The notes under the pieces are model-generated. The model was not told the origin of the DNA and did not search any database. It worked only from the letters and a program-made list of their open reading frames with translations. This document shows, piece after piece, positions 38,641 to 48,211 of a stretch of 58,889 nt of DNA. Source of the stretch: Candidatus Dojkabacteria bacterium (GTDB lineage Bacteria; Patescibacteriota; Dojkabacteria; J137); contig CALDYZ010000039.1 of the NCBI GenBank assembly GCA_937944235.1, positions 1 to 58,889 on the forward strand. The letters run 5' to 3'. Every line of letters starts with the position of its first letter. The stretch's first letter is position 1. Made by a program: the position numbers and the translations under genes.

Positions 38641-39241
38641 TTATCAATAATTTTAAAGATTTTTTAATTAATACTTGTATATCTTCATTTATGTCCAAAT
38701 TATTTAAACATTTATCTATTAAAACTCTGTCATAACCAAAATTTATTAATATATCTATAAGTTCATTACGTTTATTGATGTGAACAACATCATAATTATT
38801 TTTTTTAAAATTTTCGTTTAAAAACTCATCTACAAATGTTTTGAACTTTGACATATCGGATAATTCAGAAATTATCTTTCTTGCTAATTTATCCCCTAAT
38901 CCCGGTATTTTAAGTGCACTTTGTTTATTGGTTTTAACTGATTCTACTACTCCAATTACTCCCACCCTATGAACTATATTGAAAGCTATTTTCGGTCCTA
39001 TTCCATCAACATCAAGTAATATTTCAAATAATTTTTTGTCTGATAACTCAGTAAAGCCCCATAAAGTTTGTGAATCCTCCCTATATAGCATTACCGTGTG
39101 TATTGCAATTTTTTGTCCAATTTCACATTCTGATACATAAAAAAATTTAACAAAGTACGCTACTCCATTACTCAACATTACGCTTAAACCCATATTGTGA
39201 TAATCTACATAATCTATTATTCCAACAAGCTTGCTAATCAT
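38627..39241 (-). CDS. ruvA: Holliday junction branch migration protein RuvA
   Basis: MISKLVG, REDSQTLWGF, VDGIGPK, IPGLGDKLARKI. Confidence 0.94.
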   Translation of the reverse strand: MISKLVGIIDYVDYHNMGLSVMLSNGVAYFVKFFYVSECEIGQKIAIHTVMLYREDSQTLWGFTELSDKKLFEILLDVDGIGPKIAFNIVHRVGVIGVVESVKTNKQSALKIPGLGDKLARKIISELSDMSKFKTFVDEFLNENFKKNNYDVVHINKRNELIDILINFGYDRVLIDKCLNNLDINEDIQVLIKKSLKLLINGNK

Positions 39242-39746
39242 TTAATTTCTTATAAATCGTATTTACATTAATATGACAAAAACAAATAGCTAATGCATCT
39301 GCAACATCATCTGGTCTTGGTACCTCATTTAACTTATATATAGACTGCACGCTCTTCTGCACATATTTTTTTGCAGAACGTCCATATCCAGTTACTGATT
39401 GTTTCACTTGCAACGGTGTATACTCATAGACACAAATATTCCTTACAAAACATGTATGTATTACGACTCCTCTTGCATGTAAGACATCAGTAGCCGTTTT
39501 TATATTCTTAAAGTAAAATAAAGACTCTATTGCAAGTTCATCTGGTTGATATTGGTCGATTATATCACTAATACCTAATGCTATCTCATTTATTCTATAA
39601 TAGATTGATTGATTTAAAGTGGTTTGTATTATCCCATAATCTACTGGTTCATAACTGAGTACACCTTGAAATGTATAACTTACAACAGCCCATCCACAAC
39701 GATCATAACCTATATCTATTCCAATTACCCTTTTATTTAATTTCAT
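39234..39746 (-). CDS. ruvC: Crossover junction endodeoxyribonuclease RuvC
   Basis: IGIDIG, AIESLF, EYTPLQVK..TGYG, PDDVADALA; ATG 39746 preferred as start. Confidence 0.96.
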   Translation of the reverse strand: MKLNKRVIGIDIGYDRCGWAVVSYTFQGVLSYEPVDYGIIQTTLNQSIYYRINEIALGISDIIDQYQPDELAIESLFYFKNIKTATDVLHARGVVIHTCFVRNICVYEYTPLQVKQSVTGYGRSAKKYVQKSVQSIYKLNEVPRPDDVADALAICFCHINVNTIYKKLND

Positions 39747-40971
39747 TTGAACCCAGTATAACAATCAAATCTCCTATAGTATTGACTTTCGGATTCCCAA
39801 TTTTTATATCTAAAGTTTCACCAAAATAGTCTTTAAGCTTTGATATACTGAAACTAAAGCGATCTATACCATCTTGAGTTTTAATATAAAGTGTATTGTT
39901 GTAAATACTTTCATAAGTACCAATTTTTATCACATTAAAACCTAGGTTTCTTAAATAATGAGCATTAGTGCTAGCCAAACCATTAATACTACTACCATTA
40001 TATATTTCTACCATTGCTTGTTCATTGGTCAAACTTTTTGTAAATATCAATTTGTTGAAAAAAACTCTTACTGAATCGTCAGTTTTAATATAAAAACGAT
40101 TCTCCACATGCTCAAAAAGATTCACTGTATCTACAACTTTAGAATTATCTAAAATTTCACTAACTACTTTTGTCCAGGTATACTCATTCATATTTCCAAT
40201 AAATTTATAATTTTTATCAAACTTATCATAAAATAGCAATTTACTTAATTCTCCAAATCGTCCATAAACATTATAGTAAGCATCTAAAATGCCATCTTTT
40301 AAACAATTCAAATCCTTAAAATTATTGCATCTATTTTTATTTATCTCATCTGTACTTAAAAAAACTAATCCATCTATTTGCAGTCCTAAAACATCCGCTA
40401 CACTCATTAAATATTTGTATAATATCGATAAAATATCTACTTTTGCTGAAAATAACCATTGTTGCAGCACAAAGTTTTCCAAACTAGCATTATTACTTTT
40501 ATCTATAATTAAGTTTAAAGGCAAATTTAAAAAATAATTCTGTAAATTACTTTTAATCAGTAATCCTACATTAGTGAACTTATACTCGTCAAAATTTAAT
40601 TTCAAGTCGAAATTATCCTGAATATCTAAAATAACAATTAAAACAACAACGCTATCATTATTTAAATTAAAATCTTTAAAGAGTTTTCCACTCGTGTGAG
40701 TATATCTGTAAAAGTTTATTGTGGGTTCCGAGTTGATAAAGTCTCTAAAAAAGTTAATATATCTAAACAAAATTGTTACTAATATAGATACAAAAATAAT
40801 AATTCCAAATATCTTAACAAAAACCTGTAAGTTTTTATTTTTTGTGAATTTCAATAAATAACAAAGTACGATTTTATCGATAAACTTTAAAAAAAGAGAG
40901 CTAAACCTCAAATTAATAAAAAGTCGTCTTTTTCTCCTACTTTTTACGAAGCTATACTGATTTCTTCTCAT
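39733..40971 (-). CDS. LytR C-terminal domain membrane protein (degenerate LCP-like)
   Basis: TM anchor; VEIYNGSSINGLAS..LRNLGFNV..DLIVILG. Confidence 0.8.
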   Translation of the reverse strand: MRRNQYSFVKSRRKRRLFINLRFSSLFLKFIDKIVLCYLLKFTKNKNLQVFVKIFGIIIFVSILVTILFRYINFFRDFINSEPTINFYRYTHTSGKLFKDFNLNNDSVVVLIVILDIQDNFDLKLNFDEYKFTNVGLLIKSNLQNYFLNLPLNLIIDKSNNASLENFVLQQWLFSAKVDILSILYKYLMSVADVLGLQIDGLVFLSTDEINKNRCNNFKDLNCLKDGILDAYYNVYGRFGELSKLLFYDKFDKNYKFIGNMNEYTWTKVVSEILDNSKVVDTVNLFEHVENRFYIKTDDSVRVFFNKLIFTKSLTNEQAMVEIYNGSSINGLASTNAHYLRNLGFNVIKIGTYESIYNNTLYIKTQDGIDRFSFSISKLKDYFGETLDIKIGNPKVNTIGDLIVILGSNEIK

Positions 40972-41742
40972 TTATTTTACTTGATTTGTGGAAATCATAT
41001 CTACTTCGCATCTCTCAGCATCATCTATGGTATTTGTTTTTTGATTTGTAATAACATTAGTATCTATAGAGTCTGCTCCGCTATCCTGTTTTCTAAAATT
41101 GTCGACGTATGACACCATCTTTTTATAGATTCGAATAAACAAAAAATTTCTAATCTTATCAAGATAAACTAAACAAATTTTTAGTAAATTACTTATATTA
41201 TACAGTTGTTTAGATTTATTAATATTGCCACTTATTAGATTACTCATTTGAGTTTTGTGGGGATTATCTCTATCTTCTGAAACTTTAAACTTCTTGTTAT
41301 CAATATCATTCAAATCAATATTTATTCTTAAATCAGATTTTTCATTATGTTGATCATAATTGCCAATCTCTTTGTCCAATAAATTTTTAGACACACTAAG
41401 ATTGATGCTTATATTTGCATTTCCGTCTTTATCTGTAAAATTTATAATTGGTAGGTTAATGCCTTTTTTACTAATATAATCAATGTTGTCCTGAATAATT
41501 AATAAGTTATCTTCACTTTTTTCTGGTCTTAATATTATATAAAACAACAAACCTGGAATATTAAATGTCAAAACTATAAAAGAAAACAATAACCCCAAAA
41601 AAACCGATTTATATCTACGGTATCCATCTATAAATACCCACACAGCAACCAAAACCCACAGCAAAACTAAATAAAATAATATAAAAGACCCCAACTGAAA
41701 ATTTAGACTAGACTCAATCAAGCCCAAGATGAAATTTTCCAT
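40972..41742 (-). CDS. Hypothetical membrane protein
   Basis: N-terminal TM segments WVFIDGYRR..PGLLFYIILRP followed by a polar tail. Confidence 0.7.
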   Translation of the reverse strand: MENFILGLIESSLNFQLGSFILFYLVLLWVLVAVWVFIDGYRRYKSVFLGLLFSFIVLTFNIPGLLFYIILRPEKSEDNLLIIQDNIDYISKKGINLPIINFTDKDGNANISINLSVSKNLLDKEIGNYDQHNEKSDLRINIDLNDIDNKKFKVSEDRDNPHKTQMSNLISGNINKSKQLYNISNLLKICLVYLDKIRNFLFIRIYKKMVSYVDNFRKQDSGADSIDTNVITNQKTNTIDDAERCEVDMISTNQVK

Positions 41743-41781
41743 TTTGAAACAAAAAATATAAAAAAATTAGTTAGTTAGAAA

Positions 41782-41866
41782 TACCGAAGGAGGGAGTCGA
41801 ACCCTCACTCCCAATAAGGGAACCAGATTTTGAGTCTAGCGTGTATACCAATTTCACCACTTCGGC
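41782..41866 (-). tRNA. tRNA-Leu(CAA)
   Basis: GCCGAAG-TGGTGAAATTGGTATACAC-G-CTAGA-CTCAAAA-TCTGG, long variable arm, GAGGG-TTCGACT-CCCTC-CTTCGGT-A. Confidence 0.96.
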
Positions 41867-41885
41867 CTCCAAAGTTATAATATGA

Positions 41886-43196
41886 TTATATCATATGGTC
41901 ATAAAATTTTTGCTTGGATCCATCAAATTTTAGCTTTACCTTGCCTAACGGACCATTTCGATGTTTCGCTATAAAAACATCAATCAATTGTAATTGATTT
42001 TGTTGTTGTTCTTCTGTATCCCCAGTCGTATCTCTAGCTAAAAATATTACTACATCAGAATCTTGTTCTATAGAGCCCGATTCTCTTAGATCTGATAGCT
42101 GAGGTATTTTCTCTTGTCTATTTTCAACAGACCTATTTAATTGCGATAGAGCAAGTATAGGTATGTTTAGCTCCCTTGCTAAAATCTTTAAAGATCTTGA
42201 TATTTCACCTATTTCAAAAGCTCTGTTTTCAGTTCTACCTGAAGTTTGCATTAGCTGTAAATAATCGACAACTATCAAATCTAAACCTTTTTCTAGCTTT
42301 AATTTTCTTGCTTTAGTTCTCAAAGATTGCAAATTAATTGACGCGCTGTCGTCTACATATATATTAGACCTGGATATTTTGCTCATCCCTTCTGCAAATT
42401 TAAGATAATCAGAATCTGATAACTTTCCCATTCTAATATTCCATAGATTTACGTCAGATTGTTGAGCCAGAATTCTACTTATTACTTGTACAGCAGGCAT
42501 TTCTAATGAAAATATCAATACTGATTTATTAAGATTAACAGCTATAAATCTTGATATGTCAAATGTAAAGGCACTTTTTCCAACTCCAGGTCTAGCAGCT
42601 ACTATTATTAAGTCTGATTTATGTAAACCCCCTAAAATTTTATCCAAAGATTGTAATCCAGTAGATAATCCTCTCAGACCATCTGGATTTTTTGCGTACT
42701 CATCTGCTAATTTTATCTGCATCTCAACTAAATCCTTTGCACTATATAGATTATCAGTATCCGAGACATTTACCACTGTATATAAAGTTTTTTCCAGCTG
42801 TGAAACTATATCACTTAATTGTATTTGTGTATTTTCAAGATCATTGTTAATTTTTATAGCGAATTTCCTAAGAATATTCCTTTTACCGTTATCTGCAAGG
42901 ATATCTATGTAGTATGCTATATTTGTCAGAGAAGGAATAGCATCGATCAGCTCTGTAATGTACTTACTACCCCCTACTTCTTTTAGTTTTCCTAGTTTTT
43001 TAAGCTCTGTAGATAAAACTAGAATATCTATAGTCAAACCCCTTTGATATAAAGAATCTAAAACTTTGTATACTATCTCATGTCTCACATCACTAAAATA
43101 TTCATAACGAATTTGGGAAAATATTTTTTCATGTAAGTCTTCATCTATTAAAATGGCCCCTAACACTGCTCTTTCAGCTTCAAGATAAGTATTCAT
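41886..43196 (-). CDS. dnaB: Replicative DNA helicase
   Basis: EAERAVLGAIL, AARPGVGKS, FSLEM, VDYLQLM, LSQLNR, DLRESGSIEQD, KHRNG; no intein. Confidence 0.97.
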   Translation of the reverse strand: MNTYLEAERAVLGAILIDEDLHEKIFSQIRYEYFSDVRHEIVYKVLDSLYQRGLTIDILVLSTELKKLGKLKEVGGSKYITELIDAIPSLTNIAYYIDILADNGKRNILRKFAIKINNDLENTQIQLSDIVSQLEKTLYTVVNVSDTDNLYSAKDLVEMQIKLADEYAKNPDGLRGLSTGLQSLDKILGGLHKSDLIIVAARPGVGKSAFTFDISRFIAVNLNKSVLIFSLEMPAVQVISRILAQQSDVNLWNIRMGKLSDSDYLKFAEGMSKISRSNIYVDDSASINLQSLRTKARKLKLEKGLDLIVVDYLQLMQTSGRTENRAFEIGEISRSLKILARELNIPILALSQLNRSVENRQEKIPQLSDLRESGSIEQDSDVVIFLARDTTGDTEEQQQNQLQLIDVFIAKHRNGPLGKVKLKFDGSKQKFYDHMI

Positions 43197-43257
43197 AATT
43201 TTTAATTTTTAAAAAAAATATTCAGCAAATTATAACCTATATTTGACCATTAATTAC

Positions 43258-43286
43258 TAGACATTTAACGTTATTAAAGTTAAAAT
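43258..43286 (+). promoter_or_regulatory. Putative sigma70 promoter of rpmE-prfA
   Basis: TAGACA (43258-43263), 17 bp spacer, TAAAAT (43281-43286). Confidence 0.55.
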
Positions 43287-43312
43287 ACTAAACAAAATTT
43301 ATGTTAAAATTT

Positions 43313-43636
43313 ATGAAAGCTAAAGTAAAGCTAAATTTAGTTAAAGCTATATGTACTTCCTGCAAAACAGAGTACTCTTTCTTAACTTCTGCTGATAAAA
43401 TACACATAGATATTTGTTCTAACTGTCATCCATTTTATACAGGAAAACAAACTCTCGTAGACACAGATAACAGGCTACAAAAGTTTAACGATAAAATGTC
43501 AAAAAACACTAGTATTAGTTCAGTCCGTCTATCCAAAAAAGAAAGGTTAATAGCTCGCAAAAAGGAATTTAGCGATAAAAAGCAAGCTAAAGATGGTAAG
43601 TTGACACTGAAAGATATGCTTGCATCAATAAAGTGA
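43313..43636 (+). CDS. rpmE: 50S ribosomal protein L31 (Zn-binding type) with C-terminal extension
   Basis: CTSC..DICSNCHPFYTGKQ..VDT..R..KF; alternative ATG at 43301. Confidence 0.93.
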   Translation: MKAKVKLNLVKAICTSCKTEYSFLTSADKIHIDICSNCHPFYTGKQTLVDTDNRLQKFNDKMSKNTSISSVRLSKKERLIARKKEFSDKKQAKDGKLTLKDMLASIK

Positions 43637-44745
43637 TGTATTTTTTTGTGGATTTCGATTTAGAATTTATTAAAAAATTTAGAAGTGATTATGATATAAG
43701 GGAAATCGAAAGCAGAATAAACTCATTATCTGTTAAATTTACAAACCCGAGTTTATTTAATAAAGCTGATGTTGAGGAGTATGATAATCTCACAGTATTA
43801 TTGAATCTTTTAATCTATATAGATGAAACGTTTGCAGACTTTAATGTTTTCAACGACTTAAGGGCTTCCAACTTGTTAACCGAGGATGAGCTAAAGTTTG
43901 AGGAATATGCTCTTTGTAACAGGATCGAATATATAAAACAAAGTATAAAAACCAATTTTTCAAAAAAACTTGAGTTTGATGAACTACAAGCAATACTGGA
44001 AATAAGACCAGGCGTAGGAGGTGAAGAAGCATCCTTGTTTGCTGAAGAAATAGCTAGAGCATACACTATTTATATGACAAGAAAAGGTATGGATTTTATG
44101 ATTTTATCTAAAGATTATTCAGAAAATGGAACTTTGAAAGAATTTATTGTTCATATCACAGAAAAACATGCTTATGGTGAATTACGTTTTGAATCTGGAA
44201 TATTTAGAGTGCAAAGAATCCCTATTACAGAATCTAATGGCAGAATTCATACATCCACAATAATATTTACAGTTTTACCTTTTTTTCAATCTCAAGATGA
44301 TGAAAATGACGTTAAGATAAATCCTGAGGATATAAGAATAGATACTTTTAGATCATCAGGTGCTGGAGGACAATCCGTAAACACAACTGATTCTGCTGTT
44401 CGTATAAAGCACTTACCCAGTGGTATAATCGTAACTTGTCAAAATTGTAAATCACAGCATCAGAACAAAGAATACGCATTAAGAATACTAAAGAGCAAAC
44501 TGTTACAAATGAAAAAAGAAGAAAAATTGATGAAGCAACAATCTATTAAACAACAAATTTCCCATAATGTTGATAGATCTTTTAAAACAAGAACTTTCAA
44601 CTTTCCTCAGTCTAGAATCACAGATCACAGAATAAATAAAAGTTGGTTCAATATTGAGGAATTTATGGAGGGAAACATAGAAGAAGTAATCAGGGATACA
44701 AGAAACATATTAAGAAGTGATTTATCACAAACAGTTAAGGAATAA
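43636..44745 (+). CDS. prfA: Peptide chain release factor 1
   Basis: EIRPGVGGEEA, VQRIPITE (PxT, RF1-type), SSGAGGQSVN, RTFNFPQSRITDHRI; TGATG overlap with rpmE. Confidence 0.93.
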   Translation: MYFFVDFDLEFIKKFRSDYDIREIESRINSLSVKFTNPSLFNKADVEEYDNLTVLLNLLIYIDETFADFNVFNDLRASNLLTEDELKFEEYALCNRIEYIKQSIKTNFSKKLEFDELQAILEIRPGVGGEEASLFAEEIARAYTIYMTRKGMDFMILSKDYSENGTLKEFIVHITEKHAYGELRFESGIFRVQRIPITESNGRIHTSTIIFTVLPFFQSQDDENDVKINPEDIRIDTFRSSGAGGQSVNTTDSAVRIKHLPSGIIVTCQNCKSQHQNKEYALRILKSKLLQMKKEEKLMKQQSIKQQISHNVDRSFKTRTFNFPQSRITDHRINKSWFNIEEFMEGNIEEVIRDTRNILRSDLSQTVKE

Positions 44746-44757
44746 CGTTACTTTACT

Positions 44758-45990
44758 TCAATTGACGTTCTCGATATAAGTATGTATGCTATTAATACTA
44801 TCAGAATGTACATTGTCAATTTTTATATCTGGCTTTATAGGATTATTTTTGTCTAAGACAAAACCTTTTGGGGACAACCAATTCTGAAAAGTCAAGTTCA
44901 ACAGGCCTCCTGTATCTAAAAAATTTTTGATCATTGTCTGCTCTGACCCTTTTCCGAAAGTACTTTCACCTACAATTATTACATTAGTTAAATTTTCTTT
45001 CAAAGACAAAGTCAAAATCTCCGCAGCTGATGCCGTACCTCTATCCACTAATATATATATTTTTTTATAATCAACAACTTTAGGTAATGTGCTATAGATT
45101 ACATTAGTTATTTGATTTTTAGAGTTTCTTTCTGAAGTTATTACTGAACCTTTATCTAAAAAATAATCTGCTACTACAACTGCACCTTGTACATATCCTC
45201 CTGAATTGCCTCTTAAATCTAGATACAAGCTTTTTGTTCTGGATCTATTATTTTGCTCCAAAAGAACAGAAAACTTATCTCTTATGTTCTTTAAGTAACC
45301 ATCTAAACTAGTGTCCACAAAGTCAGTTATTTTAACATAATCTACTTTATCAAATTTATCTAGCTCAATTATAATCTTAGGGATTGTTATTTTTTCTCTA
45401 ATTAATTTTATTTCGTACTTTTCTTCATTTGAAGATAATAATACAAGTCTGACTTCTGTACCCGCTTCACCTCTTATCAAGGACGATACCTCATATGGAA
45501 GCTTGTTTCTAACATCTATATCATCAACTGCTATAACATAAGTACCAGGAGCAATTTTATCAACACGACTTGCAGCTCCGCCGTCGACTATTGAACTTAT
45601 ATAGGTTTTTGGATACTGAAGCCTATCATTGTTCCAATCCAACACTACTCCGATACCATGATAATCTCCTGATAATGTCTCTAAATATTTCTCCGCATCA
45701 TGACTATCTAAAAAAAAGGAATAAGGATCTCCCAACAAACTTACATATGCGCTAATAAGACTGTTTTCTACCTGCTTTAAAGATTTAAACTCTCCTAAAA
45801 AATTATTACTTAAAAAGTCTTCAGTTTTCACTAACTTATCTAATAATGAGCGGTTGTTAAAAAATTTTATATTCAATTCATTATGTTGACTATGTATTCT
45901 AGATATATAAACACCTAAAAAAAAACCAAACAGTGCAGCAAGGCTAAATAAAAAAATAAACTGACTCCTGCTGATATAGTTATATCGCAT
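44758..45990 (-). CDS. S41 family C-terminal processing protease (CtpA-like)
   Basis: LGDPYS, PDZ GIGV, DLRGNSGG, TASAAE, TFGKG. Confidence 0.93.
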   Translation of the reverse strand: MRYNYISRSQFIFLFSLAALFGFFLGVYISRIHSQHNELNIKFFNNRSLLDKLVKTEDFLSNNFLGEFKSLKQVENSLISAYVSLLGDPYSFFLDSHDAEKYLETLSGDYHGIGVVLDWNNDRLQYPKTYISSIVDGGAASRVDKIAPGTYVIAVDDIDVRNKLPYEVSSLIRGEAGTEVRLVLLSSNEEKYEIKLIREKITIPKIIIELDKFDKVDYVKITDFVDTSLDGYLKNIRDKFSVLLEQNNRSRTKSLYLDLRGNSGGYVQGAVVVADYFLDKGSVITSERNSKNQITNVIYSTLPKVVDYKKIYILVDRGTASAAEILTLSLKENLTNVIIVGESTFGKGSEQTMIKNFLDTGGLLNLTFQNWLSPKGFVLDKNNPIKPDIKIDNVHSDSINSIHTYIENVN

Positions 45991-46078
45991 AAAAAAAATC
46001 CTATATAAGCTATTCTATACAAAAAAAATAAAAAAATTTAGTAAATTTAACAAGAGTTTCATCTATTTAATACGTTAT

Positions 46079-46333
46079 TTACACGTATTGAGTAAAAGGC
46101 ATTAAAGCTAAATACCTTGATCTTTTTATTGACAAAGCTAGTTTTCTCTGACATTTAGAGGAAACTCCAGTCCTTGAAGATGGGAAAATCCTTCCCCTGG
46201 TAGATACGTATTTTTTCAGTAAACTAATGTCTTTGTAATCTATTTTACTTGGATCTCCGCCAAAAGGACACGAATCAGGAGGCCTAACAAACAAAATTTT
46301 TCTCTTATTATTTTTATTACTTTTATACTTCAT
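46079..46333 (-). CDS. rpsR: 30S ribosomal protein S18
   Basis: IDYKD..LKKYVSTRGRI..RTG..QRKL..IKRSRYLALMPF. Confidence 0.97.
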   Translation of the reverse strand: MKYKSNKNNKRKILFVRPPDSCPFGGDPSKIDYKDISLLKKYVSTRGRIFPSSRTGVSSKCQRKLALSIKRSRYLALMPFTQYV

Positions 46334-46361
46334 ACACCATCATAAAAACTTTTGTCACCTA

Positions 46362-46847
46362 TCAAAATAGTGCCTTCGAATCAACATCATCAGAATCTCT
46401 GTCAACAACATCATCATAAGTGTCAACAATATCAACATCCCGAGCTTCAGAACTTTTATTAGAGCTTCCAGCCAACTTGGCATTTTCATAACCTACACCC
46501 TTTTTTCCTTTAGCATCTAAAACATACATATCATTTACTTTAATTTCAGTTTTCGTCACTTTATGTCCAGAAGAATCTTCATAAATTCTACTTCTTAGCT
46601 CACCTTCAATATACACCAGCATACCAACATCAAGTACATTAGCACATATCTCTGCTAATTTATTAAAAGCTACCAGATTGTGATACTCCGTTCGCTCTTT
46701 AATTGTTCCATCCTTGTCTTTCCAACTAGTATTTGTAGCCAGTCCCAGAGAGCATACGACAATATTACTTGAAGTCTCTTTAATCACTGGACTTCTTGTT
46801 AAATTACCTATTAACATTACCTTGTTTAAAGATCTTGATTTACTCAT
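46362..46847 (-). CDS. ssb: Single-stranded DNA-binding protein
   Basis: SLNKVMLIGNLTRSP, LATN, VYIEGEL; acidic tail; ATG 46847 preferred as start. Confidence 0.96.
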   Translation of the reverse strand: MSKSRSLNKVMLIGNLTRSPVIKETSSNIVVCSLGLATNTSWKDKDGTIKERTEYHNLVAFNKLAEICANVLDVGMLVYIEGELRSRIYEDSSGHKVTKTEIKVNDMYVLDAKGKKGVGYENAKLAGSSNKSSEARDVDIVDTYDDVVDRDSDDVDSKALF

Positions 46848-46877
46848 ATGAAATTTAACTAATAACAATTATAATAA

Positions 46878-47204
46878 TTACAAGTTATTTTTTTTAATAA
46901 TAAGATACCTTAAAATATTACTAGATAAATATTTATCGTTTTTTAACATTTTCGTGACTTTTACAATACTACCTTGCTTGGCTGAATTCTGATCAAATTT
47001 AACATTAAAAAAACAATATATACCTTCTGTTTGATTTCTTATTGGATAAGCAAGCTTTCTTCTCCCTTCTAATTCTTCTTTAACAACTAATCTTTCCAGC
47101 GCGAAGCCAAAGTTACCGAAAACTTCACTAATCTTCTGCAACAAGTCACTCCTTGCTTCGTCTGTAGGCTGAACTTTTAACACCAAAGCTAATTCATAAT
47201 CCAT
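46878..47204 (-). CDS. rpsF: 30S ribosomal protein S6
   Basis: YEL, GRRKLAYPI..EGIY, ILRYLIIK; rpsF-ssb-rpsR order. Confidence 0.93.
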   Translation of the reverse strand: MDYELALVLKVQPTDEARSDLLQKISEVFGNFGFALERLVVKEELEGRRKLAYPIRNQTEGIYCFFNVKFDQNSAKQGSIVKVTKMLKNDKYLSSNILRYLIIKKNNL

Positions 47205-47259
47205 ATAAAAAAATAAAAACCCATAAGCTTTCTAATTATATACACATTTCAGATAAAAT

Positions 47260-47883
47260 TCAAATTTTTTGTTTGAATTTTATGGCATCTTTTACAGCTT
47301 GTAAACCTACATTTTCAATTTCAGATCCTACAGGTATACCTTGTGCAAGCTTATAAAACACACAGTGAGTATTTAGTTTCTCTATAATATTCTTAAGAAA
47401 AAAAATTGTGCTCTCAACCTCAAAGTTTAGATTAAATGCAAATATGACCTCATGAAGATTATCTAGAGAAGTTACTAATTGGCCGATGCTTTCAATAGGT
47501 AAATCCTCGCTAAAAACTCCATTCATAGGTGACATTAAATTTCCACATAAATTATAAATTATTCCTTTATACTCACTCACTCTCGACATTATGTCCAAAT
47601 TCATGGAATTTTCAACAAACATCAATTTAGTCTGATCCCTATATTTTGGACTACAAAATAAACACTCCTGATTCTGAAATATAAAACCATTACATCTATC
47701 ACAACGAACAAAATTTGACACTTCTACAGAAATACTTTTTATAATAAGATCAGTTTCATGCCTGTCACGCTCAAGAATGTTTAAAGCTATACGACGACAC
47801 TGTCTTAAAGATAGGCCCGTCAAGTTGACCAAAGCATAAGTGATAGTCTTAAATATATCTTGCGGTTTATTATCATCAGTCAC
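47260..47883 (-). CDS. recR: Recombination protein RecR
   Basis: CDRC..CLFC Zn finger, FVE, SPMNG, EVIFA, LAQGIPVG; dnaX-ybaB-recR order. Confidence 0.9.
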   Translation of the reverse strand: MTDDNKPQDIFKTITYALVNLTGLSLRQCRRIALNILERDRHETDLIIKSISVEVSNFVRCDRCNGFIFQNQECLFCSPKYRDQTKLMFVENSMNLDIMSRVSEYKGIIYNLCGNLMSPMNGVFSEDLPIESIGQLVTSLDNLHEVIFAFNLNFEVESTIFFLKNIIEKLNTHCVFYKLAQGIPVGSEIENVGLQAVKDAIKFKQKI

Positions 47884-48202
47884 CCAAAAAACCCTTTAAA
47901 TCTTCTATATTAGTATTACTGGACAACATTTTGTCTAATTCTTGTCTTGCTTTCTTATAAGAGTTAAGGAAATCCTCCTGTAATCTTTCTAAAAATATAT
48001 TTAATTCATCAGAATCGTAATTTTGTAAAAAAGGCAAACTCTGAATGTATCTTTCTTTACTTATTTCAACTTTCAACAAATCATATAAGCCGTTTATAAG
48101 TATTCCTACCCCCCCAGAAACGCCTGCCGACTGGAAAGAAGACATCTTTTTTTTCGCCTCCATAGCCTTTTTGGCTAACTTGGCCATATCAAAAATTCCC
48201 AT
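47876..48202 (-). CDS. YbaB/EbfC family nucleoid-associated protein
   Basis: Size, GGV.I.ING..L.KVEI pattern and position between dnaX and recR. Confidence 0.8.
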   Translation of the reverse strand: MGIFDMAKLAKKAMEAKKKMSSFQSAGVSGGVGILINGLYDLLKVEISKERYIQSLPFLQNYDSDELNIFLERLQEDFLNSYKKARQELDKMLSSNTNIEDLKGFLGD

Positions 48203-48211
48203 ATTAATTTA

